From Podarcis cretensis (taxonomy: Eukaryota), in the NCBI GenBank assembly GCA_951804945.1, contig OX638161.1:3782001-3846000 (forward strand): a stretch of 64,000 nucleotides of DNA, in the 5' to 3' direction. Numbering within the stretch: position 1 is the first letter of the stretch; the number at the start of each line of letters is the position of its first letter. Below the pieces are notes generated by a model, which was not told where the DNA came from, made no database searches, and was given only the letters and a program-made list of their open reading frames with translations. Shown one piece after another: positions 26,640 to 36,718 of the stretch. The translations under genes and the position numbers were made by a program.

Positions 26640-27850
26640 TTCTGACTAAACACCAGGAAGAACTTTCTGACAGTAAGAGCTGTTTGACAGAGGAATGGAC
26701 TCCCTCAGAAGGTGGTGGACTCTCCTTCCCTGGAGTGCAGCTGAGTGGGACTCAGCTGTGGGCAGCCTGAGGAAGTATTTTTCACCTGGAGCCTGTCCAA
26801 AAAAGCAAGCCCTGCTATGGACCAGCAAACAGCTAGAAGATGAGGAGAGGACAGAGGGTGAAGAAGTTGTTGTGTGCGAAGGGAGACCCTTTCCTCATCC
26901 TTTGGACCTCCTGGGAAACTTAACAAGCCTGCTACACCTGGAACTGGGTGTGAAGAGTGCAGCTGAATGGGGCACAGCTGTGGGCAGCCTGAGAGGCTGA
27001 ACCCTGTGCAAGGTCATCTGATGACCTCTCCGCTTGGAGAAGGAGGCACGAGGCTCTGGCAGAGTCCTAGAACCCTCCTACCTCCTTCCCAAAGCCTGGT
27101 AAGCACTTGCCCAGCTTTGGGAAGGAGAAAGGACTCTTTTCTTTCTTCTATCTTTCTTTGGCGACCCCTTGTAGCCAAGTAAGATTGTCTTCCATAAACA
27201 CAGTTTTAACAATGAGTCCGTAAGTGACTGTGGAGGCCAATTCTGGATCCACACATCCTTGCACAGTGGGGACATTGGTTTCCGGGCGGGAGCTGATCAC
27301 GGGTGTGGATTTGCCAAGTGTGCCTTCCTCCTAGCACGTTTCTCCCTCCTCACGCTTACCTGGCTTTGAGAAGGCACCTTCCTCAGCTGCCCTAAATCTG
27401 CCCCTGGCCTGAGGAAGGACCATCCACCTTGCACCTGACAATAAAAAGTAAGCCAAGAACAAGAGACTACAGTGATGTCTGCTGTTTTGTTTCCAGACAC
27501 CCTTCTCATAGCAAGAAGCCTGAGAGGGTGTGTCAGAAAGAAATTGAATTGATATTGGTTTATGTAGGTTACTAACTTTGTATTAAAGCCACATTTCTAT
27601 ATGTAACTGTGTATTTTTGTAATATTTTAAGTTATCTGTTGTTTCAGTTTTTTTTGTACACCACTTAATAGATTTTTAAAAAATTTACTAAGTAGTATAG
27701 AAATCAAATATTCAAATAATTAAATTGGAGATTTTTATGCAGAGGTTGGATGGCCATCTGCCATGCATGCTTTAGTTGAGATTCCTGCATTTCAGGGGGT
27801 TGGACCAAATGACCCTCAAGGTCCCTTCCAATTCTACAATTCTATGGTTC
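26640..27850 (+). mobile_element. CR1 3' end split by a ~1 kb insert (26735-27725)
   Basis: The CR1 terminus breaks after CCTTCCCTGGAG and resumes at TTGGAGATTTTTATGCAGAGG...ATTCTATG. Confidence 0.7.
27135..27350 (-). mobile_element. RTE-clade LINE 3' end with a C-terminal C2H2 zinc finger
   Basis: Translates REKRARRKAHLANPH/RDQLPPGNQCPHCARMCGSRIGLHSHLRTHC* (one frameshift), then a GAA-rich tail. Confidence 0.75.
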
Positions 27851-28069
27851 TTTGAATTTTGAGCAGGCCAGAAGAATCTGCTCCCACCCAACAACCCATC
27901 ACTGCCGTTCTCCTACAGCTGCCTTTCTTCTAAAAGGTATAGAAAAAATTACACACAACTGCATGCAGCCTGTACTGTACTTGGATCCTGTGTGTGCTGT
28001 CCAGCTAAAGTTGCACACTTTTAAGTCCCAGATTCACAGAGCTATCCTACGTATTTTTATTTGGAAGTA

Positions 28070-28572
28070 CTGTATTTTTCGCCCCATAGGACGAAAAATG
28101 AAGGGGAAATGTGTGTGCGTCCTATGGGGCAAATGCAGGCTTTCGCTGAAGCCTGGAGAGCGAGAGGGGTCAGTGCGCACCGACCCCTCTTGCTCTCCAG
28201 GCTTTGCGGACAGTTTCCTGCATGCCGAAGGCTGGGCGCGCTGAGCTCAGCCTTGCGGAGAGTTTCCTGCATGCTGAAGGCTGGGCGCGCTGAGCTCAGC
28301 CTTGCAGAGAGTTTCCTGCATGCCGAAGGCTGGGCGCGCTGAGCTCAGCGCGCCCAGACTTTGCGCAGCTCTCCGCAAGGCGCGGGAGCTCGGCGCTGGG
28401 CTCCCATGGCTTGCCGAGAGTTGCCTGTTCTGGGGGCTGGGGTCGGGGGAAGCTCGGGCTTCCCCCGCCCCAGCCCCGCGCCTGGGGAAAAAAAATTTCC
28501 CCCTTTATTTCCCCCCCAAAAAAACTAGGTGCGCCTTATGGGACGGTGCGTCCTATAGGGCAAAAAATATGG
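28070..28572. mobile_element. Tc2/pogo-like non-autonomous DNA transposon with an internal 49-bp tandem repeat
   Basis: TIRs CTGTATTTTTCGCCCCATAGGACG / CGTCCTATAGGGCAAAAAATATGG, with TA TSD. Confidence 0.82.
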
Positions 28573-28754
28573 TAAGTCCTACTGAGTTCCATGGGACTTG
28601 CTCCCAAGGAAGCATTTTAGGTTTGCAGGCAAATAGAACACAATGGGCAGAAATTTCCAAAGCTTGGAAATATTCTTCTACTGGCACTGTTGAGAGCCAT
28701 GAGCAACAGATGCTGCTGCTCCCAACTCCTACATGGTCATTTCTGTCAAAAGGG

Positions 28755-28891
28755 NNNNNNNNNNNNNNNNNNNNNNNNNNNNNNNNNNNNNNNNNNNNNN
28801 NNNNNNNNNNNNNNNNNNNNNNNNNNNNNNNNNNNNNNNNNNNNNNNNNNNNNNNNNNNNNNNNNNNNNNNNNNNNNNNNNNNNNNNNNNN
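28755..28891. other. Assembly gap (137 N)
   Basis: Run of N. Confidence 0.99.
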
Positions 28892-30385
28892 AGCCAAATT
28901 ATTTCATTAAGCAACTTTCCCTGTATGTAACACCTACTCAGGGCACAGAAACTGTATCACATTTCTAACCAACAGCAGTGTTGGAAAGGCTTACAAACTA
29001 TAGAATCACAAAGAAGAGGCTATTTCTTTCTATTGTTATCCTATAATGCAAAAACCAGACCTGAAACTACACTGTTTCAATCCCTAACCTGGACAAGCAC
29101 ATTCAGCTACTCATTCCAGAAAATAAAACCAAAATGAAATATTTTCTGCTTGGTTGCTTCCCAGCATTCTGGCCAGTTTTGCTTAAAGTGCAATTCAATG
29201 CAGATTGGGAAGATCCTGTTCAACATGAGGCTGTAAGGCAATATCAATAACAGAAGACCAAGAATATTCAAATGAATGTTGCCTGGATTCCCCCCCCTGC
29301 AGAGCAAACAGAAGTTTTGGTGGGAGATCAGAAAAGAGTGGTATCATAGAGAACAGCCTCCCTTCCTCACTGCCCCTGCTCTGCAAAAGATTCAGTCCCC
29401 AGTGCCTAACATACAAGGGGGGGGGGGAAGGATATTGGTGGGACCCTGCCCTACAGCTCCTGCATGATGTTTAATTTCACACAAGACCCATCCCTTGGAG
29501 CTGATTCCTATGTTGTGTCTGCCACAGCTACACTGAAGTTGTTCTGGTGTTTCCCACAACAAATGCATAAAGAGTGAAGGGGCAGTGTTGCATTTCTGAA
29601 CACTCAGGGGTAAGCCAAACATGTCCACGGTGGGTTTTTAGGGGCATCCGTTTGCCCACTGCATGCTAAGCGCTTCCTGTGAGAAACACCAGCAAGGCTG
29701 CGGCGAAGCCAATTGACAGAAAGTTAAAGGGAGGTTCAGGAAAGTGAGGCACTCCCTCAGGAAGCCTAAGATCCCAGCTGCAATTTTCTGTATTTCACAG
29801 GATAACCAGCACCAGAGTGAAAACTTGGCACAGAATTTGTCTGCAACACATTATCCGCTGAAAACAAATGTATTACACCTCCAGGGCTCTTTAAAGGTGT
29901 ATTCATTGCTCAATAAAATATGCAAGGGGATACAGTCAGCATGCACAATTAAAGGATCTTCCCCTCTACCTTCTCTCTTTCCCACCCACAAATGCACACC
30001 AAACAAACTCCATACTCACGTGCTGAGAGTAATAGCTTGCCTCATTCTTTTGCGTATCCTTACTAATCTGATGTTTTAAAAAATGTATATAAACCCTGTT
30101 GTCTCTCTGGCTACCAATACAATGAACTGGTGTAGTGCTTTGGTTTGAAATATGAATTAGGAGATAGGAATACCTGGCTCAAATCTCAGCTCTGCCATTA
30201 ACTTTCTTGGTGACTATAGGCTCAGTCTTTCCCCACTCCCATCTAAGGAAGAGTAATGCTGACCCATCTTGCAGGGTTATTGCACATAAGACAAGACATG
30301 TGGGAAATACTAGGTGTTGTTATTATGCTATACATTCATTCATTCATTCATTCATTCATTCATTTTCCTTGCTGTATTTCATATA

Positions 30386-30525
30386 ATCATAGAATTGTAA
30401 AGTTGGAAGGAACCACGAGGGTCATCTAGCCCAACCCCTGCAATGCAGGAATCTTTTTGCCCAACATGGGGCTTGAACCCGTGACCTTGAGTTTAAGAGT
30501 CTCGCGCTCTACTGACTGAGCTATC
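30386..30525 (-). mobile_element. tRNA-Lys-derived SINE with a CR1 3' tail (Squam2-like)
   Basis: Head TAGCTCAGTCAGTAGAGCGCGAGACTCTTAA...GGTTCAAGCCCCATGTTGGGC resembles tRNA-Lys(CTT); tail CTTCCAACTTTACAATTCTATGAT is the CR1 end. Confidence 0.85.
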
Positions 30526-32302
30526 TGTATCCCACTTTTTTCTCCAAGGAGCTCAAAGGTGCTGGGTTAGGCTGAGTGACTGGCCCAAAGTCACCCAGTG
30601 AGCTTCATGGCCAAGTGGGGGATTTAAAGCCTGGCCTCCCAGGTCCCAGCATGACACCCTAAGTTATTGTAATAGAGGTCAAGAAATGCAGCCGTCTGCC
30701 CATGTTATATTTCACCAACTTCCCAAATCCCAGGGCCAATTCACACTTCAAAATCAAGCACAAAAAGTATGAGACCTTAAGATGGCAAAATACGCACATT
30801 GAATCAGCCCCTACTTGTGCTTATTGGAGGAATCCTTGGTCATTAAACACACCCGCACTAGACATGTGTGCCACTGAAACCTGGCTACCTTTTTTGTCCC
30901 TTGACTGAAAAATAAAATAAAATGCAAATTGGCCTTCCATATTCACATGGAAAATGCCCAGGTGGGAAGAAGCAGCCCATGCAAAGCAGCTAGTCTGTAG
31001 CCAGTACTTATTAAACCCTAACACCACTGCAGCAAAGATTCACAATTAAATGTGGAATTTTATAATCCAGGGAACATCATTACAAACTGTTCAGATGTTA
31101 ATAATTCTACTCACAGGGAAATCCTAACTGCTAGGCTTAAAAAGAAACCTGAGCAATGCGCCCAGAGGCATAAGACACTGAGAAGTTTTCCTACATAACC
31201 CCCATTGACACAATTATTTGTGTCATCTTATACCTCTTTTAAATGTGTTTTGGGGAGGGGGTAATTGATTTGTTTTTGGTTCTTGCTATTATCATGTATT
31301 GGATGCTTCTATATTGTATTTCTATGTTGTGAACAGCCCTGAGATCTGCGGATGAAGGACTGTATACAAATTTAATAAATCATTATTATTATTTGCAGTG
31401 CAAAAGGCCAGCTTGACATCAGCAGAGTGAAGTGGCCTGTCTTTGGCAGTTATTTTGGAGTACAAGTAAGGGACAGCAAATGATCAGCAATTTCATTCAT
31501 AAGCCCCACCAGGGGAGCATCCCCCCCCCCCCCCGCCTTTGGCACCAGGGCCATGTCCTGGGCCATCACCAACACCCGCTTGCATGGAGCAGCCAGGTCA
31601 GACCACTGGTCCATCTAGCCCAATGTTGTCGGGTCACTGGTCTTGCTGGTGTTTTCAGGCAGGGACGTTTTCAGTCCAGCTGCACTGGATCCTTTCAGCT
31701 GGTGCTGGGCAGGTGTGACCGGGTGGGACTGAACCTTCTATAGGCAAAAAGCTTGCTCTCTTCCTCCTCCTCCTCTCTCCTACTGCCTGAGCTCCTTTTA
31801 CCAAGCCCACTACAGTTGCACGGTCCGCCTCTCCTCTCAAACTGCCACATTGCGCTCTTTCTTCCCCACCTTTTACAGGAGAGCAAGGCCCTTTAGTGCC
31901 TAATGGGGTCGGCCACAGATGCTTCACGGAGCAGAAAGAGCACTTTTCATTCATTGCAAAACAGCTACATCTATGGAACATGGCAGGAGCCTGAAGCATC
32001 TCTGGTCTGGGGGATGTGAAGCTGGCAACCCGGCCAAGGAGCAGCACCGATCTGCCCAGCCGCTCTTCGAGGAGCGCGCTGCAGGCACTGGAGAGAAAAG
32101 CAAGACGCCTTGCGGAGCAATCCCCGGGCAGGGACAGAATTATATCTTCCAGATTCTCCAGCGATGGAGAAAAGGAGCACCAATTCAGTTGGAGAACAGT
32201 CAACCCTCATGTCTAAGGCACCCATTCGCCAAGGCGGAGCACAAAAGGAGTGGCGGGAGGGGGACGGGGGGGAGAAGGCATAGAAGAGGCTGGCCCACTC
32301 AC

Positions 32303-32513
32303 AAATCTTGGCCACGCTGGCGACGAAGATCCACAGGACGATGATGTAGGGCGCCTGCACGTGGTGCCACTTGAAGGTGACGATCTGGAAGCCCTCGCTT
32401 TTGTGCTCCGGCGGCGCCTCTTCCATCCCCGCGGCGGCGGGCAGCAGCAGCAGCCAGCCCAGCAGCAGAAGCCCCCAAGGCGGCAGCGGCGGCCTCATCC
32501 TGGCCGGAGCCAT
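32303..32513 (-). CDS. SLC9A3: Sodium/hydrogen exchanger 3 (NHE3), coding exon 1 (signal-peptide-like N-terminus)
   Basis: ATG at 32513. Translates MAPARMRPPLPPWGLLLLGWLLLLPAAAGMEEAPPEHKSEGFQIVTFKWHHVQAPYIIVLWIFVASVAKI; GFQIVTFKWHHVQ is the NHE3 N-terminal motif. Donor GTGAGT at 32302. Length 211 nt (phase 1) joins exon 2 in frame. Confidence 0.93.
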
Positions 32514-32611
32514 CAGCGGGGCAGAGACCTTCCGGGCGGCGGGCGGCGAGGGCAGCAGGAGCGGCGAGCGCACAGCGTCTGCCCCAGCGCGCACGGCCGG
32601 CAGGGATCGCC

Positions 32612-32634
32612 CCGCCGCCGCCGCCGCCGCCGCC
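32612..32634. repeat. (CCG/GGC)7-8 trinucleotide repeat
   Basis: Direct reading: ccgccgccgccgccgccgccgcc. Confidence 0.95.
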
Positions 32635-32660
32635 TTTATGCTGCGCCCCCCGCCCCCGAG
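32635..32660 (-). promoter_or_regulatory. Atypical TATA-like box (CATAAA, 32635-32640) with adjacent Sp/KLF GC box
   Basis: Minus strand reads GGGGGCGGGGGGCGCAGCATAAAGGCGG, about 125 nt upstream of the ATG. It is a conspicuous A/T-rich spot in this GC-rich stretch. Confidence 0.6.
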
Positions 32661-34198
32661 GGGAGGAGCCTCCTCGGCGGAGCCCTCGAGGGCTCTTCCC
32701 CGGCCCCGGGGCAGGCGCCTGGGCGCGGGGCTTGGCCCCGGGGGGCCCTCAGCCCTCCCCTTGGCCGGGCGGCGTCCCGAGGATCGCTGCTCGCCCCTTC
32801 CTTCTCCTGGGAGGGAAGCCGCGGAGCCTGGCTCCGCTTCCCCCAGCAGGGAAACCGAACCACTGTCGGAAGCGCGCTGCGTCTTCCTCGCGGCCGAGCC
32901 CCAGCCCGGTGCCTGCCTTGGCCCAGCGCCCCGAAAGGCGCGGCGGATGAGCAGCCAGCGGGAGTCCGCCGCCGGACTGGGGTCCCGATCCCTGGGAGGC
33001 AGGGCGAGCCGGCCACCCGGGAAAAGCTGCACGCCGAGCCCATTTGCGCCACTGGCCCGCCCACCTTCCCGGCCAGGCCACTCGGCGTGGGAGTTCAAAC
33101 ATCTCCCCGGAGAGATAAGGGAGCGAGCGTGGAAGACGATCGCGGCAGGAAGGGAGAGGCTTCTCGGTTTAGCAAAAGGGGCTGGGGAACTGGCGATTCT
33201 TGCAGCAAGCTTCCAAATAAAGTTTGAATTGCGCACCTAGTTCAGACTTCTGGCGTGGGGACGAGTGCAAGGATTTGATTCCCTACCGCGGCTCATGGCA
33301 GATGCCTGCAACGTCTTGGAGGAGGAACGGAAGGACCCCTACCTGCAGTGAGCCCACCACACGTAAAAACAAAACAAAATAGTGCTTTCTTTGGCACGTG
33401 TCAGAAAAAGGTGAAGAATTTTCCCAGGCCAGCGAAGTTTGGGTCTCTCAGACTTGCACATCTCTTTATTTAATGCACTCACAGGAACCCTTGCAGCTTG
33501 TGCGCTTCTGCCTGAAGGCAGCCTTTCTCCAGGCAAGACTCTGGCTGGCGGGTATTGTGGTCCCAAGCAGCAGGTTGGGGACTTCTGCCTCAAGGCATGG
33601 CACATTTCCTGGCAGAAGTGAAGCATGCCTTTGCTCCTGCCATCTCAGGGCAACCAAGCAGTTATCTTAATATCATTCAGGAACTAGTATTACATCTCAG
33701 GTTTTACTCCTCTCTTTTCAATGTTTTTAAAATCCTGCGAGTTATCTTGGTGCTATGGGAGCTGGCCAGAGAAGGTCACCTCTCCCCACAGCAGGACGAA
33801 ATGTCAGGAAAGTGGGTCACTGTGGCGCAGTGGGAATCCACAGCATGGCTTCTCCCTGGGCTTCTCCTGGTGAAGTGGGAAGCAGTGCTGCTGGGTCTCT
33901 CATGCTTCCAAGGTAATGATGTTTCAACCCAGCCTAAGTGGTGGAGAAAATAAAACGTCAGAACCCAAGAAGAGCCTCCTGGCTCAGGCTAAGTACCCAC
34001 CAAGTCCGGCATCTTGTTCTCACAGTGGCCAATCAGATGCCCCAGTGGGAAGCCACAAGCAGGACCCAAACGCAAGAGGAACTTTCCCCCCTGCAGTTTC
34101 CAGTAACTGGGATTCAGAAGCATGTTTAGTGACTACACTGCACATCTGACATACCCATATTGCAGAGGCTGCTGGTATGCAGTTCTCCAATGACACGC

Positions 34199-34433
34199 GA
34201 GAGCCAGTGTAGTATAGTGGTTAAGAGCGGTAGACTCGTAATCTGGTGAACCGGGTTCGCGTCTCCGCTCCTGCTGGGTGACCTTGGGCCAGTCACACTT
34301 CTCTGAAGTCTCTCAGCCTCACTCACCTCACAGAGTGTTTGTTGTGGGGGAGGAAGGGAAAGGAGATTGTTAGCCGCTTTGAGACTTCTTCGGGGAGTGA
34401 TAAAGTGGGATATCAAATCCAAACTCTTCTTCT
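34199..34433 (+). mobile_element. tRNA-derived CORE-type SINE (Squam3-like) with (CTT)n tail
   Basis: AGTGGTTAAGAGC A-box, GGTTCG B-box, CORE-like GGGTGACCTTGGGCCAGTCAC. Confidence 0.8.
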
Positions 34434-34446
34434 GCATCTTCTATGG

Positions 34447-34699
34447 CATGGGTAGGCAAACTAAGGCCCGGGGGCCAGATCCGGCCCAATCACCTTCTAA
34501 ATCCAGTAATGACAGTTCAGGAATCAGTGTGTTTTTACATGAGTAGAATATGTCCTTTTATTTAAAATGCATCTCTGGGTTATTTATGGGGCATAGGAAT
34601 TTATTCATTCCCCCCCCCAAAAAAAAACATAGTCCAGCTCCCCACAAGGTCTGAGGGACAGTGGACCAGCCCCCTGCTGAAAAAGTTTGCTGACCCCTG
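34447..34699. mobile_element. hAT (Charlie-like) MITE
   Basis: TIRs CATGGGTAGGCAAACT / AGTTTGCTGACCCCTG; perfect TSD TTCTATGG. Confidence 0.88.
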
Positions 34700-35239
34700 T
34701 TCTATGGCATTGCAGGGGAAGCTGGGAACACATCTTTTAGTCCACGCACTACTTCACTGTGCCAGGTTATAAAGTCAGTGACTTGTTAGAGTTGCAGGTT
34801 ACTTTTTTGACCAGGAAGGAAGAAAGGGTGCGGGAAGCAAAGTCAACAGTTCCCAATGTGATTATACTGAATCATTGTCCTCCTGATGGTTTGGCATACC
34901 AGAAATAACAATCCTAGCACTCCAAAGTACTGGAGCAGAGGTCCCCCAATGGTGGTCTGTGAGCTTTGTTTAGGTGGTCCGTTGCATATCTGTCAATTTG
35001 TAGTTGAAGACGGGGGCGGGGGGCTGGCATATCCATCATATTAAATTGTTGTTCACTGCTTTGTGATATTTTAGTTGGTCCTAAGAAAGGTATTGCCCTA
35101 CTGTGGCTTTTGGCTTTTTGCTTGTTTATGAGGCACATTGAGAATCTAATTTTACCGAGGATTATCTGTGTTGCTTCCTGCCTCATGTGTGACCATGAGG
35201 TTATTATTTTTTAATGCTATCATAAAATGTACATTATTT

Positions 35240-35588
35240 TAAAAGGTAAAGGGATCACCGAAAGTTAAGTCCAGTCGTGAACAACTCTGGGGTGTGGCGC
35301 TCATCTCGCTTTACTGGCTGAGGGAGCTGGCATTTGTCCGCTCCGCCGACAGTTTTTCCGGATCATGTGGCCAGCATGACTAAGCTGCTTCTGGCGAACC
35401 AGAGCAGTGCACGGAAACGCCATTTACCTTCTCACTGGAGCGGTACCTATTTATCTACTTGCACTTTTTGGTGTGCTTTCAAACTGCTAGGTTGGCAGGA
35501 GCTGGGACTGAACAACGGGAGCTCACCCCGTCGCGGGGATTCGAACTGCCGACCTTTTGATCGGCAAGTCCTAGGCTCTGTGGTTTAG
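35240..35588 (-). mobile_element. Sauria SINE
   Basis: Reverse-complement homology to the other copies. Confidence 0.88.
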
Positions 35589-36279
35589 TTAAACACAAAT
35601 TGGTGTCTGCCATTCTGAGGATATGGGTTTCAAAACCACCAGGGTATGGCAAAAATGCCAGGAATAAAATGCTGTTGTCACCTTGTAATAAACTACCACA
35701 ACATTTTATGCTTCAGTTATGAGATAGACACTGTGATTCAGGAAGAGAATAATGCCTCTCAACACTGCCACTAACTCCAGGAAAATTTATACAACCAGGA
35801 TCCTCAAATGGTAGCACTTTTCCTGGAATCTACCACTTTGGTTGTAGATTTGATAGATGGGGTGCAAGCTCATTTATTTGCTTGTCTAAAATAATATCTA
35901 TCCTGATCCCTAAGAGAAATCAGAGTAATGTATACTAAAAATGAAAAACAATATATAAACATGCAAGAGAAAGCAACAAAACCCACAGTAGCCAAATTAT
36001 CTACGAGTATTCAAAAGGTTGATTTAAAAGTTATGCCAAGGAACCCTACAGATTTCCCAGAGGGGGAGCTCAGGAGGCAGAGGGACACCCCAGAAAAGGC
36101 CCTCTCCTACCTTGTCACCTCATGAACACCTGTGAAGGGACAGAGAGAAGAGCACCCATGAAAGAGCTCAGTTCTTGGCCAGGATTATATGGGCAATCTG
36201 GTCCCAAGCTGTTTAGGTAAAACCCAAGTCTATGTTCTTGTAGGGAAAGAAAAAAGGATTCCTACACACATATACGTGG

Positions 36280-36718
36280 TGTTATAGATTTGGGGGACCC
36301 CCCCCCCTAAACCTTAGAAATTAATAAACTGTAGGATTTTGATTGCGTATTGAAGGGAAGATTGTAGGACATCAGGAAAATACAGGCTAAACTTGTTTCC
36401 AAGCCAGACACTCACCTGGGATAGTGGCATTAACAGGACAAAGGGGGTGGATGGCCCATCTAAGAGGAATGGGGCCTGGGCAGGCAGAGGTTGCCATGGT
36501 GTTTGAGGTGTCAGGGGAAAAGCTACTTTAGAGCAAGGTGTGCAGAACAAGTTCCCCCTGAACTCCCTCCACGCAGACTAAAGGTGTAAATATGTAAAAT
36601 CTTCTAAAATCCATGACAGTCTCTGTTGTGTCTTCAGTTCTCCAAAGGAGCATAAAATCTGGGTGAGCATCTGGAACCCCCCGGCAGAGAGTGGGGGTGG
36701 CACCCAATTTTTGTAACA
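36280..36718 (+). mobile_element. Probable solo LTR
   Basis: Inverted termini TGTTATAGA...TTTGTAACA; no clean adjacent TSD. Confidence 0.5.

Larger units (their letters stand above)
32050..33300. promoter_or_regulatory. CpG island covering the SLC9A3 promoter and exon 1
   Basis: Abrupt rise in GC and CpG content against a CpG-poor background; overlaps the first exon. Boundaries are approximate. Confidence 0.9.

Noticed and set aside
27205-27280. Host C2H2 zinc-finger gene exon
   Set aside because: A single finger followed by a LINE-type 3' UTR and tail, with a frameshift upstream.
28204-28357. CRISPR-like repeat array
   Set aside because: Head-to-tail units with no unique spacers, inside a eukaryotic DNA transposon.
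28302-28968. ORFs spanning the N run
   Set aside because: Artefacts of the assembly gap.
30450-30525. tRNA-Lys gene
   Set aside because: The acceptor stem is incomplete and it is fused to a CR1 tail, so it is a SINE head.
31971-33240. Long overlapping ORFs (421, 325 and 289 aa) on both strands
   Set aside because: Stop-codon scarcity in a GC-rich CpG island gives low-complexity Ala/Gly/Pro/Arg translations. Only 32303-32513 is NHE3 coding.
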